Shown: positions 24,501-39,500 of the stretch, piece after piece | Layout: each line of letters opens with the position of its first letter | How positions within the stretch are numbered: the stretch's first letter is position 1 | Assembly (NCBI GenBank): GCA_977030845.1 | Contig: OZ365115.1 | Span: 31,744,001 to 31,808,000, forward strand | DNA length: 64,000 bases | Direction: 5' to 3' | From: Fimbriosthenelais zetlandica | Lineage: Eukaryota | Made by a program: the position numbers and the translations under genes | The notes under the pieces: generated by a model | Seen by the model: only the letters and a program-made list of their open reading frames with translations | Database searches by the model: none | What the model was told of the DNA's origin: nothing

Positions 24501-27500
24501 TCACAAATACAAACTGGCATTGCCACTCAATGTAATAGGCCCGCACTCCCATCAAGCAGCACGCCGCCTCCATCCGCCCTGCCATTGTCCCAGCGTTGCA
24601 TCCCCTTCTATTTTTTATCTGATGCTTTATTTTCTACTTTTTTAGACAGCTCCTGTTTCATGGTTATTTTCCGACAGAACATTACGTCCAACATGAAACG
24701 CTGCAGCCTGAAGACCAAATATCTGCAGGGCAAATCTCTCCATTGGACCGACCTCGCTTTCAGACGAAAGCTTTTCCGACTTAGCCTCAAGCAAAGCCTC
24801 AAAGTTCAAAATGTTCAAGGTTTTTTATGACTAACATCTTTGCTATCCTAAGTTGAAGAAGACACAAGTCATAGCTTTAGGGGATGGGCTGAGAGAGGGG
24901 AGAAAGTTATATAAATACATGCATGTCTGCCAAGTCTGCTTTTCACAATGCCTCATCCAGGAATATTTTGACAAAGAAGTTTATTTCTTTCCTGTTAAAA
25001 CATTCTTCAGATATTTCAAGAGTGCTAGAGTTTTTCACTATTATTATCCTTCGGGATAATTGAGGGCATCCTTAATTACTGGGATTTAACTAGGGCTATA
25101 CGTAGTTTGTAGAGGGTGTTGATGGAGATCATTGTCAACAGATGGCAGAGTATGAAATGTGTAATTAGCATGTCTGTGTTTCAGATACAGACACATTAAT
25201 TTTTCTCTCGAAAAAAAGGTCAACGCCTGATGAAGTCTACAGGTTTTCCCAAGCAAAAGTCATCCTCTTTTTACTCGTGACATCTCTGATCACAACATCT
25301 TTCTTATTTCGAGTGTTTTCAGGCTTCATTCTACTTCTTCCCCACTCGTAATTTCGATCCCTATATTTTACAAAAAAACTCTTTTCAGCATGCTCTCTCC
25401 GATTATATCAATTCCTGTGTTAATCTTTGAACCATCTCAACATGTTGGTTCAGGGTAATGTAAGACCGAAGCTTCCTCTACTTCAGACTCTCTCTCTATG
25501 TCACATTCTTTCGACCTTCTAACTATCCCTTCATCCCTTCTTTGTACATATTCATCACCTATTCATATATTTTCATCCTCACTTCATCTCACCCTACAAT
25601 ATGTGGGTGGATCTTTGCTTCAGGGGGCAGAATTCTCATTAGTTTTCCGCCATACCTTGCTCCTGGATCTTCTGTTTCAACACACCCCGTGATTTCCATA
25701 GTAGCTGATAAATCCTTGCCTAATGCTACTTTTGAGATATGAGTATACACACCACATTCTTTTGCAACAAAAAATGATAAATTGACAGGACCTTCCAAAG
25801 CACCCTAACATTGAGCTATAGATCGGTTGCCTTCTGTGCGGATAAACATATAGGACCAAGTGATTTCAGAGGAGCGAATTATTAATGGTGAACACTTACT
25901 GGCATTTGTCTCTTGTTCCCTGCCTCACGTTAAAACGGTAGAAGGCATCACATCTTCTTGACAAAACCCCTTCATACTGCTGCTCGAAACATTGAAGTTC
26001 CTTTTGACAATCTGAAAAAGAGAAGGAAAAGCTATCAGCAAGTGTTACCACAGAAATATCACAATTATTTCGTTTACCAAATATGGTACTGATTGGATTC
26101 ATTTTTGTACATAAGACTGTTTTTGTAAAGGGAGTTATCTTGATCAACAAGTGAGGCGACCACCTAAATCTACCCTGAAGTCAATAATTAGCTGAATTTG
26201 TCTACTACATAGGAGGGCCTTATGGATTTTGAATAAGATCTCAGGCCGCCCTTAGGTCAAAGGTCGGGGATCTATGGGCCCTGAAGAATGCCTAAAATAT
26301 ATAGATGTAGCATTAAGCTATAGGGGATGAAGACATGCAGTGTCTCTTTGGTATTTAGCCACTGCCTACAAAAGTCGGATTAGTAAAAACAGACTCCTTG
26401 AGTTTAACTTTGAACCTTTACTGATTTAAATATTTCTTTCAAAACGATTTTACCCCTCTTTATGGTATATACAAGGGGGTTGAATGTGATGTGCTATAAT
26501 GCAATATTGTAAAGGAGGGATTGGGGAAGCAAGAAATCATTGAATTCTTTTCAGACCTGGTCCCCGTTTTAAATCTCAATAGATGCCACGCTACTTTCAG
26601 CTTGAAAAGCTCATGTTAGTCATGGAAGGTATTCCTCTGATGGATATATTATCAAAGGTCGTCCTTCAGACCAAAAGTCGTCAACTGTCAACTAAGAGTT
26701 AAACGTTTAAACATTGTTGAAGTAGAGTACCAACCCATGAAAGGATGGGTCCCTTAAACTCTATCCAGGAGATTTAAACCCCTTCAAGAATGCCAAGTTG
26801 CCTTCCACCCTCCCTCTCCTGACAGCCTGCTTTTGTAGACAGACACATATGCCCTTTTTTCAGACCTTTAAGGGGAAGACCCTTAAACCTCCTTCATCCT
26901 TAAGCCGATGATAAATACGGACCAATAGTGGATCTTCAACTCTGAGGCCAATAGGGGTTATGGCATAAGTAACTTCGGACACAGTACTTCCTTTTTTACA
27001 GATTTTCAAATCTTCTATACTTATTTACATTGGGTTCTTCACTTGCCCTGGTGTGTGCATATTTGGATTTGGCAGAAATGAAATGGATGGCAGAGGACCA
27101 TGGGTTAATACATCGTTATTCAAACTAGATTTAGCTATATGTGGACTATGTGTGTTTGGAATGTGATATTTCTTTTTTGCGTCTCGTATATTAAACATGA
27201 TTATATGTTTGTTTATCCAAATGGTGTTTGAGGGAATTAGAAATAAGTGTTTAGTTCGGCAGCAGAGCTTTGAACTTTTTTTTCTGAATTACTTCTCAGG
27301 GCGCAAGTGAAATGACAAGGATTGAGCAACCGGAAATGGAAAAACCTCTCATTGTAATCTGCTTGAAAAGTCTCCTTGCATATAAACATTAATAACAGTG
27401 AGTAAATGACTGTTTTCAAGCAGAGTTCCCTATCTTTGATTGAATTCCTTTCCTAAGAAGTTGAGGTTCCTTTGCAAAGGGTTCTAATGAAAATCCAATG

Positions 27501-30500
27501 ATTGTTCTGTCACAGCACGTGTTATTTCTATCAGGATCTCTTCCTGTGAAATCGCCATTCAAATCTATAGTTGTAATTTGCTAAATCCTGGGCCAGGTTA
27601 ATTGTGTAAAAACCACACAAGATTTCCTCAAAGGCTCAGATACCTTTACTGTCTTGAATCGTGTAATTGATTGGCCAATATTCAAATCAAAACCTAGTTG
27701 GTGCAAGTTTCAACCGAGTGCGTGCGCCTATGAATAGCATTGAATTTCCCGCCTTTTATGTCAATTGTCGTCTCCTTTGAAAAGCTTTTGATAGTGACAC
27801 CTGGATGATTTAAGGCGAATGAATCATGTGGTGATATAGAAGGCTGAGAATGAATGGATTTGGCCTCGAGCGTGGAAATCTGAAATTGGTAGTAATGCGA
27901 TGGGGTGGGGGAGGGGACGTGGGTTTACATTTCAAGGGCCTGATTTGTACAGAGCAACGACCAAATAACCGATCAACCAATGCTTTGCAATCAATCAACC
28001 CAAATCACGTGGCTAGCAACAGCACGAGACTTGGACGTTGACAGGAAGGCCAGACATCTTTATCCTTTCCCCTCCTCGCATATTGTACGCTGAATTAGCC
28101 ATCTTGACTCAGCCATTGGGAGATGAACCCCCAGGGGGTTTTCATTGCTGCTTTTGCCCCTCTAACCTTTCACCCTCTACAAACTGCACCCAAGTCTGCA
28201 GTCCCAATGCACTAATAACCCTGGGCGATATTAGGGCACTTATAGCTCTTATAGTAGCGGTGCCCAACTCTTTGAGTCCGCCAACAATAATTTGAGTCTA
28301 AATGAACAAGAAGGGTCCATGCCTGAAGGTAAACAACAGAACAGGGTGGTCTGAAGGGATAAATTGGCCAGTTAACCTTCTGTTAAGGGGTATGAAGTAG
28401 GGGGTGGGGGAACCAGGTGCAGAACGGAGATAAGTTGAGGAAAGTAGCGAGAGAATGGCAGTCTGAGAGGGAGGAGTAAGACAAGTGACTTAATTAGGGC
28501 AGTCAGCAACAGACGTCATTAGTGAAAAGCACATACATATTAATGGCTACTTATGTGCATACAGGGCTATACGTATACCCTTTTCAAGCTGGAAAAGTGT
28601 ATAGGCCCGTCAATAATCCAAAGATTTTATTAAAGGGAATGACATCCTCAGCAAGCTGACAGTATCGGTTAATATTTGTTCGCTCTATTTCTTTGTATTC
28701 TTGAAAAAAAACATATTGTGACTTTGATCTTCTCAGTTGAGGCTGAAGTTTCTCGACATCTTCAATGCTCAATACACAAAAGAGTTTTACCTCATCATTT
28801 AAGCATAATTCCGCTTCATTCATTTCTAAACTTTCTATGTTTTGAGTCAGTATTTCCTTTGTAGTCTTTTACGTAACTATTTAAATGGTAATAACCTCTT
28901 TTGTATTCAGTGGTGACATAATTCGATACAGGTCATTCCTGACTTGGTCCACTCCCAAATTCAGTAGATAGATAGATCCACCAGAAGAACTTTTAACATT
29001 CCAGACTTTATATAAAATATTGAGCACTTCAAAATACCCAGATCCAAAGGTAGATTAGGCTTTAATTAATGTGTATAGTTAAACATTATTCATGTAAAAT
29101 AATCTAGCTTAAATAATTGATAGATATATTCCTATTGCAATTGACCCACGGTGATTTGTAATAAGACTAATTTAACTGAAATATTATGTTATTTATAGCC
29201 TGTTTGGCATCAATGATGGATGTATTAAGACCCGGAGCCAATTTTTAAAGACGCCTGGCATCTATTTGGATGCGTGGGAAATTTTCTCATGGAGCAATTA
29301 ATGGAACTGATGTAAATTCCTTTTCATCAATGAAACCACCACTTCAGACATGCATGAGTTCATATTGAATTCCCTACTTACTTGTTGTTCCATTGCAGAC
29401 ACATTTCATTGCATCATAAATGACCTTCCAATGGTGATGAGCTTTCTGTATACTTGAGCATTTTTCCATCATTGGCGCAATGCAGTCACCGAACTCAAGA
29501 AATTCCCTGCAAGAAAAAATAGGTTTTGTAAAGAAATGCTAAAATTCAGCCAACACAGACACCTATAAGTGTAAACTCAATAGTTCTGATATCCCTGGTC
29601 GTTGTATCGTGGTCCGCCCTCGGGTGTCATAAATTCGAACAAACCACAAATTAGAGATAATTTGGACCATGTTTGCTTTGTGAAATAGTGTCACTCCAGG
29701 ATTGAACACACGAAGACAAACGTTGACAAATTATAGCCACAGCTAATGGCAATATAGTCCCCGCATGGCAGGGCTCCAGCCACATGCAATCAATACATTA
29801 GAAGCCTGTAAATCACAAGTGAACTAACGTTAAGGTACATGAGTGTGTGGAAAATTGCCTAAAGACAACATCCTTTTTTTGTATTTATAGAATTATACTG
29901 AGTAAAGGTGTGTAATGAGGATACAATTTGCCTGATTGTCATTGGACAATTTTATCTCAGTGCTAAGGATTTGTGACCTCGCCAAATGGTAAATTCGGTA
30001 TATGCAAGAAATATAGCAGAGTAATTTAGTCAGATCTATTTAATGGCCAAATTCACGCAGCATCAAGCGGATTATATAGGGCAGTTACAACACATTATCT
30101 GAAGACCAGACAGGCTGAATTGTCTGGGTCTGAATCCTATGGTGCAAAATATAACAGCCAGAGCAAGTGAATGTGTCACACCAGATAAAGTGGGCTGCTT
30201 TCAATAGGGCAGTCTACAACCGTATAATAATACCAATTACAGCCAAACGATTGCCTGTAGGTAGGCCATGGCTGGCGAGAAATGGTAATTGTCCCTTAAA
30301 ATAAACCTACATGGACCTAAAGATGTGTACGTAGTATTGGAAGAAAACCTTTGGTTATCTTGGATTAATACATTTTTCGCCTAATGTTGGATGGATCATA
30401 ATTATTTTAGGTAATGCACTTGGGTTTCATTTGAGCGACCCAAGTCAGACATCCTCACACGAGAAGCTACCGTTTATCACATAGCGCCCCATGCAGTTCT

Positions 30501-33500
30501 TTATAATAGGTGACAGTGAACCATGAATGAGGCATAAACTTGGCACCAATCCTATTGGACTGCGGACTGGGTTTAGAATAATCGCCGGAAGGAAGACCTC
30601 TGATGCCCTCTTGCGGACTGAACCAAATATGACTAACATGTGATAGGGCGACACAAATCTGAACACCGCCATATTTACAAAGTCATTTCTCCACCGACAT
30701 TAGTAACAATCTCCACTATAATGGCAAAGTCATTCAAGTTTCTAAATCCAAAAGAAAAGGCTGGGGTTGGTCCAAAAATGTATAATTTAAATGAAATTTC
30801 AAAAGGTATTTGGCGGCCTATTGATGATGTTGGATCAGCCACCAGTGTTAATGGCACCCTTCCAGTATTTTGATGTGAGAAAATGGTCACCTACATCATA
30901 CAGGCTACACTGAAATAATATCATTGGTAACATTGCAAGCATATGCAGACATTTATATATCTATTGTATTTTGGAAATATCTTTCAGAAAATTGATTTCA
31001 GAAACAAGATTATCTACCATAGGCCTGCATATTATAGACTTTCTAAAAAGCATCTATGTATCAATAGATATTACACATAGTCACATGGGATTATACCCCG
31101 GGATGGAAAACTTTTTTGTTTCACAATTGTTTTGTCCTTTTATGAAGTCTTGATCCATATGTGTATATTTTTTATGTTGCATCTCGATATGTTGTGCACT
31201 AAAGTGGCCAACCTTGGCAGGTAGAAATTCACTATTTATAATGTCAGGCACGCTGGAAGATTTCCAGCGACATGGGCGTGATTAGCCTTTGTGAAATTAT
31301 GAATGGTGTTATTAGCAAAGACGGCATCATGAAACTGGAGGTCTGCATGGTCTACTCAACTACTCCGACACCCCAGCATCTCGATACATCAGTATACAGT
31401 CCCCATAATATAGGCCTGTATACATTATAGTTACCCTTGGATCCCTCGCTTGAATCCCGAGGGACGATCATCTGCGTGACCAGGGTCATAATAGTTAATA
31501 TATTAATATATAATATTATTCTTTGGGTTTCTATAAACACAGCTCCAACCCAGGAAAAGTGAGTTGAATATAACAAGTCGAAACGAATGAAATAAAAAGT
31601 ATTCAACCCTTTTCATATCTTGAAGTACGAAGCATTACCGCCCCTGTATAAATGTCCCAGTCCCAGCTGTGTGGCCGGGGAGGGGAGCGGCCGTGTCAGA
31701 GCCTCGGGGTATGAAGGGAGGTAGAACGGCAGCCAGAAGAGACCTGGAGCCGTTCCGACCTTCCTCTCACTCCCCACATATGATATATTATATTATAAAT
31801 GGGCTCCAAACGATCCACATTTGGATCTGGGCGAGCTATTGAATCATTAAGGTCATTGACAGGGTCATTTAGAGGTACATTTGCCAGGTCTCAGGACAAG
31901 AGTCTTGGAATACGGTTTACACGACGTGATCTCATGGTCCAAATGAAAAGACATGGCAATGTGCGATAGAAAATCGGATTTTTTGGACACATTTCCGTTT
32001 AATGGAAAAACCTAAATTATTCATCTTGGAGGAAGTTGAAATCTATAAAGAAATTAATAATATGGAGGGTTTCAACAAAATGTCCCTTTATGTGTACGGG
32101 TATGGTTCAGCCGCAAACCATCTTCATTATTACTGGGGAACTAACTTTTAACAAATAATACTTCAAGTGACTGAAAACCTCGGGTCTTCATACATATTAT
32201 GGTCTTGGCCTTCATAAGAACCTATAATAGACGTCTCAGGTCGGCTGCCCCCACATGACTACTCAGATATGTGTATGTGTCCTCTAGTATACCAGTTTAT
32301 CCTCCAGGGTTGTGACTATGGAAACATGAGTTCTTGGTGCCTCCAGCATCTACTAATACTGTGCTCTGCCTACCATTAAGCCAAATTAACATATGTTTAC
32401 ATCAGCTAGCGTTCAATTCTCACCCACTATTTTCCTTTTTACATTGTTTGACCTTCAGGTCTTTTGGCACCTCCAGCAGAGGAAAGTTCTTACATGGACT
32501 GCGGACATAAGGCCTTGGGGAATGAAGGACGAATCTTTTTATGTTATACAAAGTTCATACCACCTTTTATTATTCTGGGACTTTCATGTCCAAATAATAT
32601 AGAGTCTGGGAAGTAATGAAAATTATATAAATTCCTCTCAATCCCCCCAATTATAAATGAAGTGTATGGAACTAGGAATACATTTTCCCATGGTATGATT
32701 ACTTTATTGGCTCACTATTGATTTAATTGTATTCATTATTGTTTGGAAGGAAGGGTAACTATCTATTGATTTTGCCTCTTATAATACTCTGACTGTAGGT
32801 TTAAAGGAGTACCCATGAAAACTCAATAAGGGAACCCTTGTATATAAATTACCCACAGCTCAGGACCCATTACGAAAAAAATAAATCATATTCCAACTTT
32901 CTAAAGCCAGCACAAGTAATGGTTAGTTTTTCTGACTACTACAAATAGCCTGTCTTCAAATGATCTTACTCTGTCATATGACAAATGAACCCATACATTT
33001 TGATGCACATTTCAACCCCTCCCCTTCCCCTGAGCTCCACCTTAAGTGGGACTATGATGATTTAGAACATGAAATTCAACAGGACACCAATAACCCCAAC
33101 ATAGCCCCAAGCAGGTATAGAGTCTGCCTAGTGAGAGGGTAACTGAAACCTATACATGGTCAGACGAGAGTTTTAACACCTGTATGGTTCCCATGTCAAC
33201 TTTGTCATAATAGGTTTGGATGGCCTTTGCAAAATATTTACTTCCTTCCCTCACAAACTTAGTCACTGTATGATTGATAGTAAATGTTCAGTTAAGATCT
33301 TAGGCTAATGTCAACCATAGCTTTTCCGCATTGATAAAGGCCAAACAGCTATCTTAAGGAGAAACTTTAGTTTGTCCTTTCTTAGCAGATAATCTAAATG
33401 GTAATATATGAGAGTCACCTTGTATGCCATAATGGTTTCCAAGTGATCTCATCTTCTGCTACTTGCTAACTTCAAGATGCAATTAAGTCATCTAGGTTTT

Positions 33501-36500
33501 TAAATATCAGATTTTGAATTAAACTCACAACTTCAAATGAAAGATAATGATGTGCTCAGCACTGGAGGCCCCATCTAGTCTAGGATAGAGGTCCTTCACT
33601 GGATGGTTTTCAGTAAATTCAGAGCACACACAAAATAGGCTTTTGTTAGTGCATTCAAGAATGACTGACAATTTTCATTTAGCAACATCAACGTCTTTCC
33701 TGCCAGCATTTTAGCTTTAATGTAATAGAGACCCAGCATATATTGAGATTACATCAGATACATTTCTGAGGTAAAAAGGCAGAAGATTTCAAACTAAAAT
33801 CACTCCATCCATAGCCTTTGTATGCATGTAACATCCAACCAACATCATTTGTTAAAAGGATTTTGCTCTTTTTATGGGATCAATCTGCTTGAGCAATGGA
33901 TGAATGACTAGTTGCTTAGACAGACACGTTTTTCAGAACCAAACAAGTTAAAAAGAGTATGTCCAAACCTATTTTCCACATAGATTACATTCCCTTTCAG
34001 TTCATTTTTTTCAAGTTTCAGATTACAAAGAAACCCATTCAAACATACAACAATAACAAATCAATGTGAGCAGTGACTCATCGGTAATATATTGTTTGGT
34101 TATAATTGATGCAAGTCAATACCTTTGATCAGTAAGGATTCAACCAATCATTCATCTCAGTCAAGTTACAGTTACGTGACAAAACACACGATAATACTAT
34201 TGCTAAGGCAGTGCACAGACAATTCCCCAACAGCATTTTCTGACAGATTCCCCACACCCATTTTCATTCCTAACATAAAATCTGTTCACATTGGCTCAAT
34301 TCAGAATGGAAAGGTCATCGAGATACTTACGTGCATGTATCAAAGTACTGCCATTGCTTGTTGGTGCGGACATGCCGGAGGTATTTTTCAACAAAGCGAT
34401 CCCCCTTCCTGAGACAGCGCTCAATGAGGGGGTTGGTACCATCATCGTCCAAGACACACTCTGGGGTGATAAAGGTCATTGCTGCTGATGCTGGAAAAGA
34501 AAAGAAACATGCTCGTTAACCTTTTATAATTAGAAGGGCTTTGGATCACTTGATCCTGAATGGGCTTGTTCATAAATGAGCTGGATTTAGATATTTTCGC
34601 AGATATCAAGACAATATCGATAACGGTAAATTCTTGCTAGTTGTGTTTCACCTGACCAAAATGCCATTTGAAATATTCAGAGTTTACAGTAAAATCCACT
34701 TTAGATGTTTATATTTGAAGTTATGTCTGGTATTTTGTGAGTGGTTGATCTGCCGGGCTTACCTAGACCAATATCCGGCCAGTCCTCCCTCCTCATCTAA
34801 TCTTCCTATTTCCAATTTCCCATTCTTCACCTTTTCTTCATGTCTCCTTCCCATGTCATCATATTTCTCATACAGACCAGGCTCTTCCTGCCACTCCTCT
34901 CTCCCCCATTCCCAATTCCATTTTTTTCATTTCATACCCAACGTGGGTGTCTTTTCCCCCATCTCCAAACCTTATTTTTCTATTTATTTATTCTTAATTT
35001 TTATTCAGGAGGAGATATAATGATACAGCTGATATCGGGCTTCTTGGCAACATACAACCATGTGCCACGCAGTCCAGATCTTCTTCGATCATCTATTCAT
35101 TGTTTTCCTTCGTATTGTACAGTTCTAGCAGCTTCTCTACATGCTCATAGACCTACTTTCCTAATCCCGCCCCCTTTTCATTACCGTTCCAATATACTTC
35201 TATATGCTAGTGCACAAAGCTGGATCCATCCCCAAACTACCCTTACTTTAAATCAAATAATTAAAATGAGAAAGGTAGAGATGTATGACACCTCCACGTG
35301 CGACATGTCACGGTCAGACTGACGCCTCACAACAAGCCTATAGAGAGCTACATAAGATCAGATGAAGATGACAGGAGCAATAATAACCTTCTCACTCCTT
35401 CCTCCGGCCTCGCTTTTCAATTTCCACTTGGGTGAGAAACATCATGTCTGATGTTGTTATAACACTCTATACTTGGTTATCAAGTATCCAAGGTGACCTT
35501 GTACCTGGCTATATGATATTTACCATTGAAAGTTCACATGAACCCAAATAAACAGCTTTATGTCAATATGTGAAAGCTCAGGTTGGAGTATAGGGGTTCC
35601 ATCTGCCCGCTCCTGTCATGTTCATTTGTGTGTTCTGTCAGAGGAAATATGGATGGATGTAGAGAAGGGGCACATAGGGTGCTGAGACATGTCACAGAGG
35701 TGATATATATGATTACGTTACACCTTTTATATTGAGGCTATGGCTTATCCTCCGAAAAACTGCAGCCTCAGATCCTTATACAATAACTGAATGAAAGTAA
35801 AGACACATGTCTTCCCCATACTATTTAATGACTGGTGGAGATTAGGACTGTCTTAGGACTATCTTTTTTATGAGTTATTAATAACACACCAAATGATCCA
35901 TGCATATAATTACGATAAATCTTGCATGAAAATACTCAAGGCTCTCTCCTATGTTAAGTATCGTCCCTTTCTCTGTACAGGCCACATTTTCAGACTGTTT
36001 TTACCAGGTTTTCTGACTTTTTTTTCAACTCTCCTCGGGTGAGGAAGGCAAATTACAGGCCACTTCCTCTTACCTGCCCTCTTTTGTCTGGGCAGGAAAC
36101 GAACTACCCTTGTTGACATTATCCCAGGCAAGCTTGCACAAGCCAGGAGAAAACCTACATAGTGGAGAGGGCTAGACGGAGCTAAGGTGAGGGACAATGA
36201 TATATCCTCTATACAGTCTATATTTACACATTCATATACGTGTGTGCATACATATTCATAAAGCTAGAATGTACACGTTCAATCATTCAGTATGCCTTTT
36301 TCAGAATCCTTCTTAACTGCATAGATACTTTGAGGGACTCGGTTGGAATGTTTTATGTAAATTCAATTAACATATAATAATAGAGAGAAAAAACCCTCAA
36401 GATGACTTGAAGAATGTATACATAACTTTTGCCAGCAATATGATTGATGTTTTCCAGACTCCCAGCAGACAATGTGGACTTCTGCTACATGGTTTGTGTC

Positions 36501-39500
36501 AAAGGTCGGATGCTAGAATCAACCCTTTGAGGAAACTCAGTGACACTTCAATCATACTACCGTAGGCCAGCTCTGATCCCGCATCAAGGGGATATTGGAA
36601 ATATGACTACGATACGACAAAAGATATTCAGAAGTAGCGAATCAATTATGTTTACTCAGGGGATGTAATAAAGCAATTCAATATCAACGAGTATGTCATC
36701 ATGATTCTCTCACAGATCGGTGGACATCGCCCTCCTTGTTACAAACGGGCAAATGTGAAATGAAAATGAATCATAGAAGAAAGGTTTCTAAAGAAGTATA
36801 TATATCGCTTAAAGTTCCAGCAAGGTTAGAGTTGACAAATGCCAATTTTCGTAAAGTCCCACTCAAGTCACTCTAAACACATCCATCATTGAGATTTGCG
36901 TTTTTATCATGACTGCCAAGTGCTCATTTGTCTCAAGCCATGTCTGCTTTTCTTGCATATGAAGCACTCTTCTCATGTTATTGATGTATTTTTAAACTCT
37001 GCTTCGGTTTCGTTTTTCTTTGTTGTCTATGATGTAACAAACAAGATCCTAGGGCGTGTATTCAATGGCGGGGGTTAGGCCACTCTGTCTATTTGAACAT
37101 CATTCAGTGACTTGAATGGGAATGGTTGAGCATGATTGATAGCAATTTGACCTTGTTTCAGGAAAACAGTCATCTAACACCCATGTCTGTAATGATGGAC
37201 ACACTCAAAAGGTTCCAGTAATTGTGATCACTTTCAAGTAAATTATCTATAGGCCTATATCTCTATAGGCAAAAAATGTCTAAACGCAAAACATGCACTT
37301 GTGACAATGTACCTTTGTAGAGATCTTTAACAGTTTCACTACTGACAATGACATGAAAGCAACAGACTTGAAAAAGTTATAGTTGGTTGACTAAATCCAT
37401 CTACATGTTGAGCTTCATACATTTCTCCAAGTGAGTAAGCACTCTCAGCAGGGAAAGAGAGTTCTGTTTCTGTCCTATTTACACACCACTCAAACACACA
37501 GCAAGCCTGATGTGCCCCTATTCATAACACTCTCCACAGAACTCAGGGTTTACTCAGGCAATTAAGACTGGAAACTCAGTCCCACTTATATCCTGCATTA
37601 TCATAAAAAAATATTTACAGCTTTTGAAAACGTATTAAATGTATCATTTCAAAAGCTGAGGCATTGGAGGGAAGTCCACGGCTGAGTGTTTAGACAAACA
37701 CTGCATCCGGTCTGGTGGTGGACAGCCTGGTGCTGGAATCTGGGTAGCAAGACCAACTGAAGACACCCAAGTATCTGAAACCAAATATGTAGAGGTCATC
37801 TCTACAATGAAGGAGGTGCAAACAGTAGGTTCAGGGGAAGTGGTGAACAAAAGTGCCATCTTGTTGGAGAGAAGAGGACATCGCCGAGTCCAAGAGTGGC
37901 TGGCTCTTTGGTTCAACAAGAGAGAGGTTGGAGTTTGAATGATGGAAAAGGTTTTAAGATAGGCTCAACGTGAAGTATTGGAACAAGGAGTTGTGAAGGG
38001 GATATTCACGGTGTAGGCAGAACTCAGGTTTACACCAGAAGGGCCTCATGCGTGGAATTTTAAAGGGATTTTTGCCTGAGTGGCTTGGTCCTTGTCACAA
38101 TCCTCAACATCATTTGTGATTTCCACAAGACCTCCTTTTATCATCATGCCATGCTAACTGATGCTTGAGAACCATGTGGGTTGTCAGCCCTGCCTTCTAT
38201 CCACCCACCCAGACACACACGCAGGGCGACTGCCTGCAAATCGTAAATGTATCCGTAAAATATGCCTTTTATGTGCACCGCTCTCAGCCATTTCAGGCGC
38301 TTTAATACCCCGAGGGTCAGTCAACCTTAGCACCATTCACTGACCCATGTCGCTCCCTAGGCAGGCTCGTGCAAGTCCTGTGGGGTTCAGGGTGGAAGCC
38401 ATCCCCCTCCTCGGGAATAAAGGGGGAAGGCATCTCTCTTTTCTGGAATAGGTAGAGGATCCATGCCCGACTTCTAGGTAGACTAGGAGAGAGGCTATCT
38501 GTGTGATTACCACTTGAGCTTGTCCACTCTTATTTCGCTATTTACCCATGACAAAATCTAATAAGGTATCTTACATTACAATCGAAATATCTTGACATTT
38601 CAGAGAAATATTTGAATCCCTATAGTCAGTCGCAGGAACGACCAAAGATGGATGCTCCTCAACCTGTTTGCTCAAATGTGATGATTCATATTGAAAGGAA
38701 GAAGAACAATCTCCCCAGAAGATATGAATCTGAGAAGCATGAACTTTCGAAATAGATCATGGCAGTCTTAACCATCAATGGACAATGGTGCATGTAAATA
38801 AGAGGCTTTAAAGCAGACCACCATATGGTGAATCGCAAGCTTCCGGTAACCAGTTATATAGAGTAACATGTCCCTTCCCATGCTTTTATGAAGGGGTTTA
38901 CAGGATTTGCTGCGTACAAATATTATCCCTTTTACAAGACCCTTCTCATTTCTATATAGGGATGTGTATATATCTGTATAGCTCTTCAGTACTGTGGTCT
39001 TGTAATAGATGCTATATTAGATGCCAGTGCTATGTTCAACCACCCTAGGTTTGTTCAGTTGATCCCCAGCTTTATCAAATGGAATCCATGTTTACCGCCA
39101 TCCATGTATGGCAAGGGGCCATTGAGGTATTGCTCAAGGGCATAACGTGTATCCTTGATTAAAAGGGTACTTTAGTGGTCCCAGTAGTGACACAAAAGTG
39201 CATGATATGTCACAATTAGGACTTCAAAGGAAAGGTACAAAATGCATGATGTATGGTCATGGCCAGGGAAGATAACAAGAAGTGGTGCATGGAGATGGAA
39301 AGGGAAGGCTGGCCATTTTAAAAGGCATTACTTTGTATACAGACTTGGCATTGTTTGAAGTGTGAACAGTCCCCAGGTCGTCTGTGCATCCCTGAGGGGG
39401 AGAGACCACCCCAGCAAGAGCCCAGTAGAAGCACATTTATGTATACCTTTAACCAACGCATTTGCATTGCACCCCTTTCCCAAGGTATTTACCTTAAGTA

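Noticed and set aside
19820-25330. Isolated SDH peptides (about 19990 and 25280) suggesting LINE endonucleases
   Set aside because: Three-residue motifs without convincing flanking motifs
34634-35322. Overlapping 128-aa and 160-aa plus-strand ORFs
   Set aside because: CT-rich low-complexity sequence that lacks stops by composition; F/S/P/L-biased products with no motifs
37644-37919. RT-like fragments (LQQDGT, RDDLYIF, FRYLGV) on the minus strand
   Set aside because: Spacing is far too short for any RT family; cannot be distinguished from chance
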